A stretch of DNA of 64,000 nucleotides from Oscillospiraceae bacterium (GTDB lineage: Bacteria > Bacillota > Clostridia > Oscillospirales > Ruminococcaceae). Below are positions 54,650 through 64,000 of this stretch, in pieces. The first letter of the stretch is position 1. Every line of letters begins with the position of its first letter. The stretch covers positions 5,886 to 69,885 of the forward strand of contig WRHO01000005.1 of NCBI GenBank assembly GCA_009783205.1, given 5' to 3'. Below the pieces are notes generated by a model that did not search any database, was not told the DNA's origin, and saw only the letters and a list, made by a program, of their open reading frames with translations. The translations under genes and the position numbers were made by a program.

Positions 54650-54691
54650 ACAATTTGAAACTTATTAATTATCTAAAAAGGGGGGGACGTT

Positions 54692-55645
54692 TTGGATAAC
54701 ACTACTCCGGAAAATAAGCCGGTAAAACGTATTGAGGACAGTAAGGTCAGATACACCTTAAGGGAAATGAGGCGTAATAAAAACGCATACGCAATGCTCT
54801 TTCCGTATTTCTTCCTGTTTATATTTTTGACGGCAATACCCGTAATAATGGCTTTACCGATAGGGTTTACGAATTTTAATATGGTAAACTTCCCGCCAAA
54901 ATTTGTGGGGATTGAAAACTTTCAAACACTTTTCATGGAAGATGAAGTATTTTTACTTTCGATTCAGAACACACTCGTTTTCGCGTTGATAACGGGCCCG
55001 CTCAGTTATGTTTTATGCTTTTTGCTCGCCTGGTTCATTAATCAGCTTCCCGGGCATTTAAAAACAATCTTTACCTTTATTTTCTATGCGCCGACGCTCG
55101 CCGGTAATATCTACGCAACCTGGCAGCTTGTGTTTTCCGGCGACGCTTACGGACTCGCCAATGCTTATCTTATGGATATGGGAATACTTAATCGTTCGTA
55201 TGAATGGCTAATTGACGGCGACACGATTTTGGGGGTCGTAATAATTGTACAGCTTTGGATTTCGCTCGGGGCGGGATTCTTGGCAATCCGCGCCGGGTTT
55301 CAGGGGATTCCGCGTGACAGATATGAGGCGGGCGCGATTGAGGGGATAAAAACCCGCGCACAGGAGCTTTTGTACATTACTATTCCGGCGATGGGTCCCC
55401 AATTACTTTTCGCCGCCGTTATGCAGATTACCGCGTCATTTGCGGCGGGCGACGTTTCGAGATTTTTAACGGCGTTCCCGACCACCGACTACCGAGCGCA
55501 CTCAATAATGAACCACGCCTTTGACTACGGGTCTTTGAGGTTTGAAATGGGTTATGCGTCGGCGATATGCTTTATATTGTTCTTCTCGATGTTATTAGCA
55601 AACTGGGGAATAAAGAAAGTCCTCGGAAAATATTTAGATGCCTGA
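54692..55645 (+). CDS. ABC sugar-type permease (MalF/UgpA-like)
   Basis: 6 TM. EAA loop RDRYEAGAIEGIKTRAQELLYITIP. TTG start after AGGGGGGGA. Confidence 0.85.
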   Translation: MDNTTPENKPVKRIEDSKVRYTLREMRRNKNAYAMLFPYFFLFIFLTAIPVIMALPIGFTNFNMVNFPPKFVGIENFQTLFMEDEVFLLSIQNTLVFALITGPLSYVLCFLLAWFINQLPGHLKTIFTFIFYAPTLAGNIYATWQLVFSGDAYGLANAYLMDMGILNRSYEWLIDGDTILGVVIIVQLWISLGAGFLAIRAGFQGIPRDRYEAGAIEGIKTRAQELLYITIPAMGPQLLFAAVMQITASFAAGDVSRFLTAFPTTDYRAHSIMNHAFDYGSLRFEMGYASAICFILFFSMLLANWGIKKVLGKYLDA

Positions 55646-55677
55646 CTAAGGAAGGCAGTTCCTAAGGAGTGTAGTAC

Positions 55678-56541
55678 ATGAAATTACGTGTAAGCAAGAA
55701 GAAGCGGCTGTCCGGTTCAATCGGCGGAGATATAGCGATTTTCCTGATGTTAGCTATAATCGGGTTATTCATGCTGTTTCCGATTTATCTGTCGGTTGTT
55801 CAGTCGTTGAAGCCGCCGGAGGAATTCTTTATATTCCCGCCGCGAATGGTTCCTATTAATCCTACCTCACAAAATTTTGACGAATTGTTTAGGGCTGCGG
55901 GGGCGATGTGGGTTCCGTTTTCGCGTTACCTTTTTAACTCAATCTTTGTAACGGTTGTCGTTACCGTATCACAAATAATTTTTTCATCTATGGCGGCTTA
56001 TGTATTATCAAAGGTAAAAGCCCCGGGCGTGCGGTTACTCAACCGGTCGATTGAAATTGCGTTGCTCTTCCAATCAACGGTAACATTTATAATGGTTTAT
56101 ATGGTAATGGCAAAAGCGGGAATGATTGACACGTATTTTGCGATTACGCTACCGTTTATAGCGACGCCCATGTCGTTATTCTTCATGAGACAGTTTATGG
56201 GGCAAATCCCCGATTCGATGATAGAAGCCGCACACGTTGACGGCGCGGGACATTTCAGAACCTGTTGGCAGATTGTTATGCCTAACTGTAAGCCGGCATG
56301 GATAACCCTTATAATATTCGCGTTTACCGCGGCTTGGCAGATAACCGGTTGGTCGTACATTTTCTCCGAGACGTTGAAGCCTCTGCCTACCGTGCTTGAA
56401 CAAATTCGACTTTCGGGTATAGCCCGTGCGGGTGTCGGCGCGGCGGCGTCGGTATTCATTATGACCCCGCCCATGTTATTGTTCGTATTCTGCCAAAGTA
56501 ATGTTATCGAAACCATGGCACATTCCGGGTTAAAGGAATAG
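55678..56541 (+). CDS. ABC sugar-type permease (MalG/UgpE-like)
   Basis: EAA loop IPDSMIEAAHVDGAGHFRTCWQIVMP. Confidence 0.85.
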   Translation: MKLRVSKKKRLSGSIGGDIAIFLMLAIIGLFMLFPIYLSVVQSLKPPEEFFIFPPRMVPINPTSQNFDELFRAAGAMWVPFSRYLFNSIFVTVVVTVSQIIFSSMAAYVLSKVKAPGVRLLNRSIEIALLFQSTVTFIMVYMVMAKAGMIDTYFAITLPFIATPMSLFFMRQFMGQIPDSMIEAAHVDGAGHFRTCWQIVMPNCKPAWITLIIFAFTAAWQITGWSYIFSETLKPLPTVLEQIRLSGIARAGVGAAASVFIMTPPMLLFVFCQSNVIETMAHSGLKE

Positions 56542-56552
56542 GGGAGGGGATT

Positions 56553-58151
56553 ATGTTTAATAAAAAGCTGACTAAAACGGTTTTGGCGGTTGTTATAATC
56601 GCCGTAATGTTGAGTTTTATGTCATCGTTTATGTTGACGGCGAACGAACCGTGGGTTCCTTATAATTACGACTGGTGGTTGGAAACATACCCGGTTCAAA
56701 GCGGGTATGTCGTTGACCGGGTTATTACATCTAACGAGCTGAAGCTTTCGGTTCCGCTTAAGTCGCCAAAGGACGTGTTCATTTATGAGGACGCAAAGGG
56801 CGAGGTGTCGGTTTACATTGTGGATACCGATAATCACAGGATAATCATAACCGATTTAGAGTTTGATAAAGTCCGCGAATTAAGTACATTTACCTACGGC
56901 GAGGATTATAGGGTTGAGAATTTTGTACCCACGCCGTCATCTGTCGGAGCCGGTATCAAATATGACGATATCGAGGCTTACTGGGACGAGGTTGCAAAAA
57001 TCGGTACAAAGACGACGTTAAGGAATCCGTCGGGAATATATGTTCAGGATTATCACGGTGAAACGAGAATTTATATTGCCGACAACAATAACGACCGCGT
57101 TCTCGCCTGTGACAAGGACGGCAACATTTGGATGGAGTATAAACGCCCGGGGAGCGAGGTGTTTGACCCGAACGCGTCATTCCGTCCGACAAAGGTTTTA
57201 GCGGACAATGCGGGAAACGTATATGTCTGTCTCACGACAATTGCCAAGGGCGCGCTCATGTTTAATGAGGAAGGGGATTTTCGGGGATTTTACGGTGCAA
57301 ATAAGCTCGAAGAGACCTCAACGGCGGTTTTGCACGCATTTTTAAGACTTTTCATGTCCCGCGAATTTATGCAAAATCTGCGGGGGAACTCGGCGGTAGA
57401 ATTTTCCGGCTTAACAATAGACAGTGACCAGTTTATCTATACCGTTACCGCCTCTCGGAGCGTCGGCACCGATATTGTTAAGAAAATCAATCCGTCGGGG
57501 CAAAATGTTTACGAAAAAGAGGGGAAAAGCGACTGGACATGGGGCGCGTGGATACAGCCTTATGTATACGGAAGAACTTTCATGTCTACCTTAGTAGACA
57601 TAACGGTTGACGATAAAGGCGACCTCTTCCTATTAGACAGCACGTCGGGACAGGTGTTCCAGTATGACCAGGACGGGTATCTTATATTCACCTTTGGCGG
57701 AAAGGGTGAACAAAAAGGATTGTTCACCGCACCCACCTCGGTTGAGGATTATGATTCGAAAATATATGTTCTCGACTCAACAAAAAATTCGCTCACAATA
57801 TTTAAGCCGTCAGAATTTGGCGAGCTCGTTATAGAGGCAATGGGGCTTTTTAATCGCGGACGTTATACCGAATCGCTCAAGCCTTGGAGCGAGGTTTTGA
57901 AGCGTGACGCAAATTTCTATATGGCTTATGTGGGAATGGGTAACGCAAAGCTCAGCACGGGCGATTTTAACGAAGCCCTTGATTATTTTCATATGCACTC
58001 TTATTTCGGATATAATTTGGCGTTTAAGGATTTAAGGGTGAATTACATGAGGGATAATTTCGACAGAATGTTACTCATAGTAATTATCGCAATAGTTATT
58101 TTTGCGGGCGCGCATATAGCAATAAAAATCATACGCAAACGGAAAGGATAG
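56553..58151 (+). CDS. NHL-repeat beta-propeller + TPR protein with N- and C-terminal TM anchors
   Basis: Repeated NHL-type strands (VYIVDTDNHRIIITD, IYIADNNNDRVLACDKDGN, LFLLDSTSGQVFQYDQDGY, IYVLDSTKNSLTIF). A TPR-like C-terminus, then a TM and RKRKG. Confidence 0.65.
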   Translation: MFNKKLTKTVLAVVIIAVMLSFMSSFMLTANEPWVPYNYDWWLETYPVQSGYVVDRVITSNELKLSVPLKSPKDVFIYEDAKGEVSVYIVDTDNHRIIITDLEFDKVRELSTFTYGEDYRVENFVPTPSSVGAGIKYDDIEAYWDEVAKIGTKTTLRNPSGIYVQDYHGETRIYIADNNNDRVLACDKDGNIWMEYKRPGSEVFDPNASFRPTKVLADNAGNVYVCLTTIAKGALMFNEEGDFRGFYGANKLEETSTAVLHAFLRLFMSREFMQNLRGNSAVEFSGLTIDSDQFIYTVTASRSVGTDIVKKINPSGQNVYEKEGKSDWTWGAWIQPYVYGRTFMSTLVDITVDDKGDLFLLDSTSGQVFQYDQDGYLIFTFGGKGEQKGLFTAPTSVEDYDSKIYVLDSTKNSLTIFKPSEFGELVIEAMGLFNRGRYTESLKPWSEVLKRDANFYMAYVGMGNAKLSTGDFNEALDYFHMHSYFGYNLAFKDLRVNYMRDNFDRMLLIVIIAIVIFAGAHIAIKIIRKRKG

Positions 58152-58155
58152 TGTT

Positions 58156-58791
58156 ATGGTATATGATTTACATTTACCCGCCTGGAAATGGCCTTTCTAT
58201 GTAGTAAGGCATCCTCTCGAGGGGTTTGAGGATTTACGGTGGAAAAAAGGCTATAACATAAAGGTCGCTTTGGTGATGATTTTGGCGTTTTTTTTGACAA
58301 CCGTTGCACAAGCGCGCATGACGGGGTTTATATTTAACTCGGATTTTGCGAAGGTTTTCAACATAGTCCCTTATTTTTCATCGACGATTCTTTTGTTTTT
58401 AGTATGGGTTCTCGCCAATTGGTCGCTTTGTACGCTCTTTAACGGCGAAGGAACAATGAAAGCCATATTCTGCATGAGTTCATATGCGTTGTTCCCTTAT
58501 ATAGCGTCAATGATTATTTATACCGTCGCCAGCAATATCCTTCTTTGGAGAGAAAGAGGATTTTTAACATTTATTGTTATCTTAGGCATAGCTTGGTCGG
58601 TAGTGATGATGATTTCCGGAATAAAGGCAATACATCAATATTCGGTTCCAAAGACGCTATTAGCGATTATTTTCACGCTCTTGGCTATGGTAATCATATT
58701 GTTCATTGTCGTTTTATTAGTCGCTTTGTTTCAACAAATCTATATTTTCTTTTACACAATATATACGGAATTGCTTTACAGATTCAGTTAG
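58156..58791 (+). CDS. five-TM membrane protein, Yip1-like
   Basis: 211 aa. The topology and size resemble Yip1-domain proteins. The family call is from memory only. Confidence 0.5.
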   Translation: MVYDLHLPAWKWPFYVVRHPLEGFEDLRWKKGYNIKVALVMILAFFLTTVAQARMTGFIFNSDFAKVFNIVPYFSSTILLFLVWVLANWSLCTLFNGEGTMKAIFCMSSYALFPYIASMIIYTVASNILLWRERGFLTFIVILGIAWSVVMMISGIKAIHQYSVPKTLLAIIFTLLAMVIILFIVVLLVALFQQIYIFFYTIYTELLYRFS

Positions 58792-58832
58792 GAATCAATT
58801 AGGAATCGCTATATTCCTTTGGAGGATGGTTT

Positions 58833-61724
58833 ATGTTTAACTTAAAACGAAAGCTTTTAAAGCACAATAAGCTAATCGCGTGGTTCGTTATTTTGTCGGT
58901 ATTTTTCTCGCTCGGGACACAGGCGTGGTCGGAGCAGGGGGACGACAGTGTATCGAGAGATGACGTTTCGGCAACCGATGAAGCAGATGAAGTCGAGGAG
59001 GAGGAAGAGGCGATACCTACCGATTTGCCTTTGCGCGACGAAGACGAGCTTCTCGCTCAAATGGAGCTTTTTGCCGACACAGATGATTTAGAGCTTTTTG
59101 TTCTTGAGAGCTATGAATATATCGGTACGGAAGATGTTCTTACCGAGTTTTATCTCTATGACAAAAACGGAAATTTGGTTGTATTTGAAGAGGGAATGTT
59201 CGAAAACACAGATAACCAAATCCCGATTTTTGACCAAAACGGAGACCCAGTATTAAACGGCGAGGGTGAACAGCTGGTCGAATCATTAGGCTTCTTTAAC
59301 CGCATTGAGCCGGGCGACAGAATACAACCTGCGGAAGAGGACGACGATGTGCAAAATGCCGAGGTTGCCGATAATCAAGAGGGCGACAATGCCGAAGCTG
59401 CCGACAATGATGAAGACGAAGCAGACGATGTAGCCGACGACGATACAGATGATGAAGAAGACGCAAACACCGACGCCGACAATGACGAGGACGGGGGTGA
59501 CGCCGACGAAGATGATACCGCGGTCGCGGCAGTAACGGAAGACGACGACACCGTAACGCGCTTATCATATCGGAGAGATGTCCCCAAAAACGTCAAAAAG
59601 CTTAAAGAAGAAGGCATTTTTGCCGTCCGTGTGAAATCGAGCGGGTATGTTTGGTGGTCAAATCCAATCAACGCCGCACATGACCCTTATGCAAAGCCGT
59701 CACAGGTCAACAGCCTTTCTTCACCCATAGAGTTTATCGCGGGAAACACAAATACCTATTCTACGAACATTTATCGCTCAAACACACAATCTTATGACGG
59801 ACTCTATGTAAACGCAGTGGAAAGCATAGAGAAAATCGACGGCGGCGTTCGTTTTAATTACAATTTCCCTAAAGCGTTCGCGACGCTTGTGATGGAGGTT
59901 GTTCTCGACGGCGAAAGCGTTGTTGTGACTGTTCCGGAGTCGGGCTTGAACGAAACTCGTATTTCCGCAGAACAAGACAGCGATTTGAGTCCGAGCGCAA
60001 TGCTCACGTTATCCTTGTTAAACAGCTTTGGCGCGGCACCCGAAGGCGAGGACGGATATATAGTTGTTGCCGACGGTTCGGGCGCAGTGATTGATTTTGA
60101 TAACGGTAAGATAAATTCTGCACAGTATTCCGGGCAGGTTTATGGAAGAGATTTTGCAATTTCGCAAAAATTCGCCCCCCCCGTAATGCAACAGGTGTAT
60201 TTGCCGGTATACGGAATTGTGCGCGACTCGGGCAATAACGCACTTGTGGCGATTGCGGAAAAGGGCGACGAAAACGCAACAATAAGAGCGGCGGTCTCGA
60301 AACAGGGGTCAAACCTTTCCGCTTTTAACATAGCCTGGTTCGATTTCAGAACGCGGACAACCGATTCCTTTTATATAGGCTCGACCTTTGACGAGCTTTC
60401 CATTTACGAATCGGGAAAAATAAAGACCGGCGACATTGCCGTAAGATATTACCCGCTTTCGGGGAAAAATCTTTCATATGTCGACGTTGCCGATACCTAC
60501 AGAGATTATTTGATTAATATTAAGGATATTTCGGCAAAACCCGAAGCAAACGACCTTTCGTTTTTTGCGACGCTTAACGGCGGGACGGTGAAAACACACT
60601 CTATAGCAGGGTTCCCGTTTAACCTTCAAACCGAAGCCACAACTTACAGTCAGGCACAGAAAATTGTCGAATCGTTAAAGATGAAGGGCGTTGACGATTT
60701 GGTAATAACATATAACGACTTTAATACGGAAAGTATAAAGCGTAAGGTTTCTGACTCTATGAAATATTCAAAGCTTCTCGGAGGGCGGAGCGATTTTGTA
60801 AAGCTTATGGCGGCGGTTAATCAGGGGGGGAGCGTATTGTACCCGAGCGTAGGATTCATGGATTATCAAAAATCGGGCAACGGGTATTCCACCATGCGAC
60901 ACGCGCCGCGCGAGGTGACGCGTTCTCGCGCCGTACAGCAAAAATACGAATTAGCGTTCGGTACGCCCGATAAGCTTCAAAAGGTTTCGGCTATCCTTTC
61001 GCCGTATTATTACAAAAGAGTTTTCGATTCATTAACCGACTCGCTAAAAAAAGAGAATATTAAAACAATTTCGCTCGCCGAGGCGACCACAATGCTTTAC
61101 AGCGATTTTTCAAGAAAGAATCCTTCCGGAAGAGCATATTACAACCGACACGATACCGTTAATGTATTAACCGACGGATTTAAAGCAATTAACGACGCGG
61201 GTGTATCAATACTTGCACAATCGGCAAACGCTTATGCTTTACCGTATGTATCATATATAAGCAACGTACCGATGAGTTCTTCTAATTTTGATATATTCGA
61301 TTATGATATTCCTTTTTATCAAATAGCGGTCAAGGGGTTAATCCCTTGTGCGGTTGAACCGTTTAACGCGAGTTCAAATTTGAAGATAACGACCCTAAAA
61401 GCGTTATCAATTGCCTCCCCGCCGCATTATGAGTTTATTTATGAAAACCCCGGTAATTTTAACGACTCACCTTATAATAAAAAGTTTTATACCGGCTTTG
61501 ACGCTTGGGAGGAACACGCGATTGGAACCTATAAGATGTTTAAGGCGTTAGTCGGAGACATTGCGGGAGAACGAATAGTCGGTCATAAGCGATTATCGGA
61601 CAACGAAACGGAGACGGTTTTTGAGGGGGGGAGGAAAATTTATATAAACCTCAACACCCTTGTGTTAAAAATAGACGATAAAGAAATAGATATAGATTTG
61701 TATTATGAAGGGGGTGTAGCTTAA
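58833..61724 (+). CDS. large extracytoplasmic protein with N-terminal anchor and ~90-aa Asp/Glu-rich linker, unknown function
   Basis: 963 aa. N-terminal TM (LIAWFVILSVFFSL), an acidic low-complexity region at 59330-59560, then a ~700-aa globular region. No family confidently recognised. Confidence 0.65.
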   Translation: MFNLKRKLLKHNKLIAWFVILSVFFSLGTQAWSEQGDDSVSRDDVSATDEADEVEEEEEAIPTDLPLRDEDELLAQMELFADTDDLELFVLESYEYIGTEDVLTEFYLYDKNGNLVVFEEGMFENTDNQIPIFDQNGDPVLNGEGEQLVESLGFFNRIEPGDRIQPAEEDDDVQNAEVADNQEGDNAEAADNDEDEADDVADDDTDDEEDANTDADNDEDGGDADEDDTAVAAVTEDDDTVTRLSYRRDVPKNVKKLKEEGIFAVRVKSSGYVWWSNPINAAHDPYAKPSQVNSLSSPIEFIAGNTNTYSTNIYRSNTQSYDGLYVNAVESIEKIDGGVRFNYNFPKAFATLVMEVVLDGESVVVTVPESGLNETRISAEQDSDLSPSAMLTLSLLNSFGAAPEGEDGYIVVADGSGAVIDFDNGKINSAQYSGQVYGRDFAISQKFAPPVMQQVYLPVYGIVRDSGNNALVAIAEKGDENATIRAAVSKQGSNLSAFNIAWFDFRTRTTDSFYIGSTFDELSIYESGKIKTGDIAVRYYPLSGKNLSYVDVADTYRDYLINIKDISAKPEANDLSFFATLNGGTVKTHSIAGFPFNLQTEATTYSQAQKIVESLKMKGVDDLVITYNDFNTESIKRKVSDSMKYSKLLGGRSDFVKLMAAVNQGGSVLYPSVGFMDYQKSGNGYSTMRHAPREVTRSRAVQQKYELAFGTPDKLQKVSAILSPYYYKRVFDSLTDSLKKENIKTISLAEATTMLYSDFSRKNPSGRAYYNRHDTVNVLTDGFKAINDAGVSILAQSANAYALPYVSYISNVPMSSSNFDIFDYDIPFYQIAVKGLIPCAVEPFNASSNLKITTLKALSIASPPHYEFIYENPGNFNDSPYNKKFYTGFDAWEEHAIGTYKMFKALVGDIAGERIVGHKRLSDNETETVFEGGRKIYINLNTLVLKIDDKEIDIDLYYEGGVA

Positions 61725-62965
61725 TGGAAGACAATAACAAGAAAAACGAAAGTAATACCAAAGAAAAAACCCCCGAGCAATTAAAAGCGATTCAAGAAAA
61801 AAACGAAAAAGCCGAACAAAAACGAAGCGCGTACCGGGCAAAAAGATTAAAGAAACACGAAGCGGATACGGCGAGAGAATTTAAAAAAATTGACAAAGCC
61901 GAGGAAAAAGAAAAATCTAAAACACAAGACCCAACCGTTATCAGAGAGATTGAGCTTCTCGCAATAAAACAGCGTGAGGAGCTAAAGGCGGTATCTGAAC
62001 AGAGGGGGCGCGTAATTGCGAGTTCAACCGGGTCGCGGCTTTCCTATGAACGTAAAAAAGGCTTGTACGGCTACGGCTTCATAAGCATATGGATTATCGG
62101 CGTAATTTTGATATTTATTGGGCCGTTAATCATGTCGATACAATACTCGTTCAGCGAAACGACCTTAGTCAGCAAGGATAACGCCGCAGAATACGGAATG
62201 AAAACTGCGGGGATTCACCTCGAATGGAACGATTTTCGACATTATAAATACGCGCTCACCACCGACGGAAAATTCTCGGTCGGACTTGTGCAGACGTTGG
62301 GCGATATGGTTCCGCAAATAATAATGGTACTAATATTCAGCCTTTTTGTAGCCGTTTTACTTAACCAAAAGTTTAAGGGGCGAACGCTTATGCGGGCGAT
62401 ATTCTTCTTCCCCGTTTTAATTGCGACGGGCCCGGTTATAATGGTTATCAACGGAACAATGTCGGCGCAGGGGGCGACGGGCGACGCGGCACAGTTCTCA
62501 ACAATGTTTCAGGCGGACATGGTAGACGGGTTCATGCGGTTCTTAGGCTTATATAACGTGAGCGAGGAATTTACCACGTTTATCGGAAACGTCACGAGCG
62601 ATATATTTAACCTTCTTTGGAAATCGGGTATTCAGATACTTATTTTCCTCTCGGCGTTACAACAGATTCCGACCTCTGCAAAAGAGGCGGCATCTATGGA
62701 GGGGGCGACGGCTTGGGAATTTTTCTGGAAAATTACCTTCCCGACAATAAGCCCCATGATATTGGCAAATCTTATATACACAATAATAGATACATTCAGC
62801 GATTCAAATAACTTTATAATGCGCCTCGTTATGGCGCAGGTGGGACAGAATCAAAATTTTGGCTACGGCGCGGCAATGGCGTGGATTTACTTCGGAATTA
62901 TCGCGGTCGCTTTGGCTATTGTCGTAGGAATTGTATCGAGATTTATTTTCTATCAGGTTGACTGA
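61724..62965 (+). CDS. ABC sugar-type permease with ~110-aa Lys/Glu-rich N-terminal extension
   Basis: EAA loop IPTSAKEAASMEGATAWEFFWKITFP. The start overlaps the previous stop (TAATG). Confidence 0.8.
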   Translation: MEDNNKKNESNTKEKTPEQLKAIQEKNEKAEQKRSAYRAKRLKKHEADTAREFKKIDKAEEKEKSKTQDPTVIREIELLAIKQREELKAVSEQRGRVIASSTGSRLSYERKKGLYGYGFISIWIIGVILIFIGPLIMSIQYSFSETTLVSKDNAAEYGMKTAGIHLEWNDFRHYKYALTTDGKFSVGLVQTLGDMVPQIIMVLIFSLFVAVLLNQKFKGRTLMRAIFFFPVLIATGPVIMVINGTMSAQGATGDAAQFSTMFQADMVDGFMRFLGLYNVSEEFTTFIGNVTSDIFNLLWKSGIQILIFLSALQQIPTSAKEAASMEGATAWEFFWKITFPTISPMILANLIYTIIDTFSDSNNFIMRLVMAQVGQNQNFGYGAAMAWIYFGIIAVALAIVVGIVSRFIFYQVD

Positions 62966-62999
62966 TTATAAATATAAGGAGAGGGGAGGAAATAAAAAA

Positions 63000-64000
63000 A
63001 TGAACAATAACCCAACCGAAAATATGACCGATTTTGAATATGAACAGTATGCTATAGATTATTATGATGAAAACGGCGAATATCCCGAGGGATATGCCGA
63101 GTATTATCATGCAAAATACGGCGCGTTTCGGACGACGATTTTTAAAACGACCGATGACGCTAAAGAGGAGCTTACAAAAAAGCAGATTAAAGACATTGAC
63201 AAAAAGAATAAAGAAATGCGGAAGCAATACCATGTTTCTAATCTACAGATTTTGAAAAACTACAGGAATTATTCCGAAGCGGAGAAGGAGCATTATCGTT
63301 ATTTATTCGGTAAGCGTATCGCATCTGCGGTTTGGCCGTTTTTCAACTATGTTATTCTTATAGGCTTAGCCTTTGTAATTCTTTATCCTATTCTGTTTAT
63401 GATTACAAACTCAATACGCCCACAATTTGAAACACAAGACCCGTCGACAATGTGGATTCCTAAAACAATAAGGTGGGCGAACTTTACGGAAACCTTGACC
63501 GCGATTCAAGATAAATACGGGCCAAATAGTGAAATACCTTTTTATAAATCCATCTTCTTTAACACCTTTTTTATAAACATAGGTTGTTCAATTGTACAGG
63601 TTGTAACCTGTGCGTTGACGGGGTACGGTTTCGCGAGGTTTAAGTTTAAAGGTCGTAATTTGCTTTTCGGGGTCGTTATACTACAGATGATAGTCCCTAT
63701 TCAAATTATAATTATCCCTTTATTTATGCAGTTTAGGTTTTTCGATTTATTCGGAGTATTTAACGCAATAACGGGCGACTCGATTAATTTGATTAATAAT
63801 CCGATTACAATGTTTATCATGGCGTTTTTTGTCAACGGAATACGCGCGGGTTTGTTTATACTCTTGTTCAGACAGTTTTTCCGCGGACTCCCGAAGGAAC
63901 TCGAGGACGCGGCGTATCTTGACGGTTGCGGTCCGTTTGAGACTTTTATAAGGATAATGGTTCCTAACGCGCTTGTGTCGTTTTTAACAGTATTTATATT
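63000..64000 (+). CDS. ABC sugar-type permease (MalG-like) with ~95-aa Tyr/Glu-rich N-terminal extension; partial, runs off right edge
   Basis: Not in the ORF track because no stop lies in the window. ATG at 63000 after AAGGAGAGGGGAGG. EAA loop LPKELEDAAYLDGCGPFETFIRIMVP. Confidence 0.8.
   Translation, partial: MNNNPTENMTDFEYEQYAIDYYDENGEYPEGYAEYYHAKYGAFRTTIFKTTDDAKEELTKKQIKDIDKKNKEMRKQYHVSNLQILKNYRNYSEAEKEHYRYLFGKRIASAVWPFFNYVILIGLAFVILYPILFMITNSIRPQFETQDPSTMWIPKTIRWANFTETLTAIQDKYGPNSEIPFYKSIFFNTFFINIGCSIVQVVTCALTGYGFARFKFKGRNLLFGVVILQMIVPIQIIIIPLFMQFRFFDLFGVFNAITGDSINLINNPITMFIMAFFVNGIRAGLFILLFRQFFRGLPKELEDAAYLDGCGPFETFIRIMVPNALVSFLTVFI

Noticed and set aside
59296-59671. Minus-strand ORFs (90 and 98 aa) in the 58833-61724 gene
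   Set aside because: They lie opposite the GAC/GAA/GAT-rich acidic linker. This is a codon-composition artefact.
1-64000. CRISPR arrays, rRNA genes, intact IS elements or transposases
   Set aside because: No regularly spaced direct repeats with unique spacers were seen, no rRNA-like sequence, and no transposase-like ORFs. The only mobile-element trace is the integrase stub at 3704-3912.

Overview
The window looks like a chromosomal segment of a spore-forming Firmicute, probably Clostridia, judged from the gerA operon, CIRCE-htpG and the ylxM-ffh-rpsP and dnaG-rpoD operons. No taxon can be verified without a search. All calls rest on motif recognition by eye from the ORF track and sequence.

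Layout:
- 1-6.2 kb: an AT-rich accessory patch. It holds small hypothetical genes, a DUF3791/DUF3990/DUF3791 triad, a class B sortase, tRNA-Arg(CCU) followed by a tyrosine-integrase C-terminal relic, HicAB, and a secreted dockerin-like protein.
- 6.3-10.9 kb: a 1533-aa secreted enzyme with two GH9 catalytic modules.
- 11-22.8 kb: an NPRTG-anchored surface protein, gerAA-AB-AC, a DUF421 protein, a patatin-like lipase, htpG with a CIRCE operator, an orphan HipA-like kinase, a cupin and a membrane-fused PstS-like protein.
- 22.9-42.1 kb: mostly housekeeping genes (trpB, pgm, tRNA-Trp, recA, rimO, pgsA, rpoD, dnaG, dgt-like, yigZ, rpmE, rpmB, KH, rpsP, ffh, ylxM), plus a lipoprotein operon with a structured leader and a Cys-rich NPKTG surface protein.
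- 42.1-42.7 kb: a candidate type I toxin-antitoxin cassette in a divergent intergenic region.
- 42.7-46.6 kb: cheV, nfeD-like, flotillin and a lipoprotein.
- 46.8-51.5 kb: a three-gene module around a lid-less Hsp70-type ATPase.
- 51.5 kb to the right edge: an eight-gene ABC-importer-like operon with a giant fused binding protein, two permease pairs and three unexplained envelope proteins.

The last two loci are my best candidates for an undescribed system. No CRISPR array, rRNA gene or intact transposase was seen.
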